DNA of 29,863 bases from Candidatus Heimdallarchaeota archaeon. Lineage in GTDB: Archaea; Asgardarchaeota; Heimdallarchaeia; Heimdallarchaeales; Kariarchaeaceae. A model generated the notes under the pieces. That model did not search any database, was not told where the DNA came from, and worked only from the letters and a program-made list of their open reading frames with translations. The stretch lies in NCBI GenBank assembly GCA_015523565.1, contig WAKA01000013.1:1-29863 (forward strand), given 5' to 3'. The position numbers were made by a program, and so were the translations under genes. The number at the start of each line of letters is the position of its first letter. The stretch's first letter is position 1. Of the stretch, positions 28,086 through 29,863 are shown in pieces.

Positions 28086-28099
28086 TCATCCATGGATGA
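28086..28099. repeat. Perfect 14-bp palindrome TCATCCATGGATGA
   Basis: Self-complementary; ends 9 nt before the tRNA 5' end. Confidence 0.7.
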
Positions 28100-28108
28100 T
28101 GCGTTTAA

Positions 28109-28191
28109 GACACCGTTCTAGAGCCAGGTACTAGGCTGGACTGCTAATCCAGTGCCCTCTGGGCGCGCGGGTTCAAATCCCGCCGGTGTCA
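28109..28191 (+). tRNA. tRNA-Ser(GCT), type II, intronless, CCA not encoded
   Basis: Acceptor GACACCG/CGGTGTC, D stem CTAG/CTAG, anticodon arm CTGGA-CTGCTAA-TCCAG, variable arm GCCC-TCT-GGGC, T arm GCGGG-TTCAAAT-CCCGC. Confidence 0.95.
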
Positions 28192-28202
28192 TCTTTTTTG
28201 TT
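28192..28202 (+). terminator. Oligo-T terminator of the tRNA
   Basis: TCTTTTTTGTT immediately after the discriminator base. Confidence 0.55.
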
Positions 28203-28331
28203 CAAGGTTTTAATTGATTCTATTTTCATTGCTTTTTGCAATGCATTACTCATAAGGTATATCATTGAACTTAAGAAAAATCAACCTGAAACAAAAAATA
28301 TTTAGATAAAATTGGATCTAATCTTATTGTA

Positions 28332-29039
28332 GTGCTTAATGAAGATCTGCTTGACCTAAGGTTATCTATGTGGATAGGATATGGAAATTTATCCAGTGAA
28401 TTTTGGATACTCGGTATGGAAGAAGGAGGTGAAGTCACGTTACCAATGGTCAATGTTAGGTTAGGGCTTCCCCCGATTGGTGATTGGCGTGAGGCGATGT
28501 TACAGATGGCCAATGCAGGTGGTATCGAAATGAAATGGATCCGTCCTCGTCCTGCACTCCAACCCACTTATTACAAATTAATTCGAACATTTCTCTGTGC
28601 AAAGGGTTTAGGTGGTGGGAATTTAAAAGAAAGGGCAAGACTGTTCCAACGCGACAAGTTTGGCAGGAGGGGAGGAGACCATCTTATTGCTGAACTTATG
28701 CCCTTACATAGCAGGACGAATTCCAATTGGGAATATGCTCACCTTACAAACCGCAAAGATTTGGTCAGCAGAGAAACATATGAACGTATTTGGCTACCAA
28801 GGCGAAAAGAATTGTTTCGTAAGTTAATCCACGAATATCAGCCAAAGGTGGTGTTAAGTTATGGTAAAGAATATTGGAAACATTTCCGTGATTTGGGGAA
28901 TGGGAAGTTCAAGACCATCCTCGATGGTTTTGCGGAGACTGATGGGAAGTTGGTTCTTGTTCCCCATCCCACAGCAAGGGGTATAAAAAACAGTCAGTTT
29001 GATGAAGTTGGTTACTGGATTCGTGAAAAATTACTGTAA
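28332..29039 (+). CDS. Uncharacterised uracil-DNA-glycosylase-fold-like protein
   Basis: GYGN..SEFWILGMEEGG (motif A position), AELMPL, LIHEYQPKVVLSYG, LVPHPTARG (motif B position). Confidence 0.6.
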   Translation: MLNEDLLDLRLSMWIGYGNLSSEFWILGMEEGGEVTLPMVNVRLGLPPIGDWREAMLQMANAGGIEMKWIRPRPALQPTYYKLIRTFLCAKGLGGGNLKERARLFQRDKFGRRGGDHLIAELMPLHSRTNSNWEYAHLTNRKDLVSRETYERIWLPRRKELFRKLIHEYQPKVVLSYGKEYWKHFRDLGNGKFKTILDGFAETDGKLVLVPHPTARGIKNSQFDEVGYWIREKLL

Positions 29040-29183
29040 AAATTCTGAATGGTAAGCTTAGTTAATTGAAGGTTATATATTGTCTGTATTTGTGCAAAAC
29101 CATTTTGAGTTTCTCCTAGGGCATCTATTCACTTTTAAATAACCTTGCCAAACTTTTAATTTAATTAAGCAATTATATCATAT

Positions 29184-29863
29184 ATGGCAGAAGCTTTTGT
29201 AAATCCCCACCTTCTCAAATGGGCTCGAAAACGCAGAGGATTAAGTGTTGATGAAGCCGCAAAAAAGATACGGATTTCAAAAGAAAAGCTTGAGGCTGTA
29301 GAGGCTGGAATGACGCAACTTACCTTCAATCAGTTTTTGAAAGCATCCAAGGTGTACCAGAGGTCTCCTTTTTTTTTCTATTCAAAAAAAGAACCCATGG
29401 ACAACCCATTACCTGATTTCCGATCCCGTTCTACAGATTATTCGGGTGAATTGGATGTAGTTATCCGAGAGTTCAACTATTTGAAGAATAACTTGAAGTA
29501 TATTGCGAATAGCTTGGGATTGGGCTTCGATTATAGTTACATAGGCTCGGAAGTTGAAGAAGATAAGATATTGGTCAAAATGCAGGAACTTCTTCCCTAT
29601 TCAGAAAAAGACTTGAAAGGAAAAAAAGATAACAAAGTCTTGAACTACTGGAGAGAGAGATTGTTTTCATTGGGCATTTTTGTGTTTCAATTCAGGGGGG
29701 TCAGCAGGGATGTGACACGAGGTTTTCTCTTAAAAGAACCTCCCTTTCCAGTCATTGCCGTGAATACAAAAGACACTCATTATGCAAGGGTGTTCACAAT
29801 TTTTCATGAATTATGCCATTTAATTATGGATAAAGGGGGAATCTGTGATAAAGAGGACGAAAC
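29184..29863 (+). CDS. XRE-family HTH fused to ImmA/IrrE zinc metallopeptidase (COG2856-like), truncated by window end
   Basis: Not in the ORF track; hand translation MAEAFVNPHLLKWARKRRGLSVDEAAKK...LPDFRS...TRGF...PVIAVNTKDTHYARVFTIFHELCHL, HExxH at 29805-29819, no stop before the edge. Confidence 0.9.
   Translation, partial: MAEAFVNPHLLKWARKRRGLSVDEAAKKIRISKEKLEAVEAGMTQLTFNQFLKASKVYQRSPFFFYSKKEPMDNPLPDFRSRSTDYSGELDVVIREFNYLKNNLKYIANSLGLGFDYSYIGSEVEEDKILVKMQELLPYSEKDLKGKKDNKVLNYWRERLFSLGIFVFQFRGVSRDVTRGFLLKEPPFPVIAVNTKDTHYARVFTIFHELCHLIMDKGGICDKEDE

Noticed and set aside
28109-28191. tRNA-Sec or allo-tRNA
   Set aside because: Standard 7/5 acceptor/T-stem geometry and GCT anticodon.
29369-29390. 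T9 and A7 runs in the XRE-ImmA gene as phase-variation tracts
   Set aside because: Frame is intact and similar homopolymers are common throughout this AT-rich window.
1-29863. CRISPR array, rRNA, IS element or integrase
   Set aside because: No regularly spaced repeats, rRNA-like tract or recombinase/transposase motifs were seen.

Overview
Archaeal chromosomal window, most likely from an Asgard archaeon (inferred from a two-domain gelsolin, a Rab-like small GTPase, a 7TM protein with a longin-like tail, TATA-box promoters and a tRNA without encoded CCA). The first ~26 kb look like core genome: uvrA, clpB, M32 carboxypeptidase, small GTPase, moeA, a divergent PanE-like reductase, a HEAT-repeat protein, gelsolin, a three-gene type VII (MacB/FtsX/LolCDE-like) ABC operon, uvrC, an orphan herA-like ATPase and an archaeal methyltransferase. 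The last ~3.7 kb hold a surface protein, a DEDD-like exonuclease, an atypical tRNA-Ser(GCT) and then a UDG-fold-like gene and a truncated XRE-HTH/ImmA-IrrE peptidase gene (missed by the ORF track), which may be the left edge of a tRNA-integrated island. Best leads: gelsolin ending in a MinD-like amphipathic helix, an ABC ATPase with a ~370-aa helical N-terminal extension, the 7TM-longin fusion, the tRNA-Ser with A73, and the post-tRNA module. All family calls come from motif recognition by eye; no searches were run. No CRISPR array, rRNA, transposase or integrase was seen.
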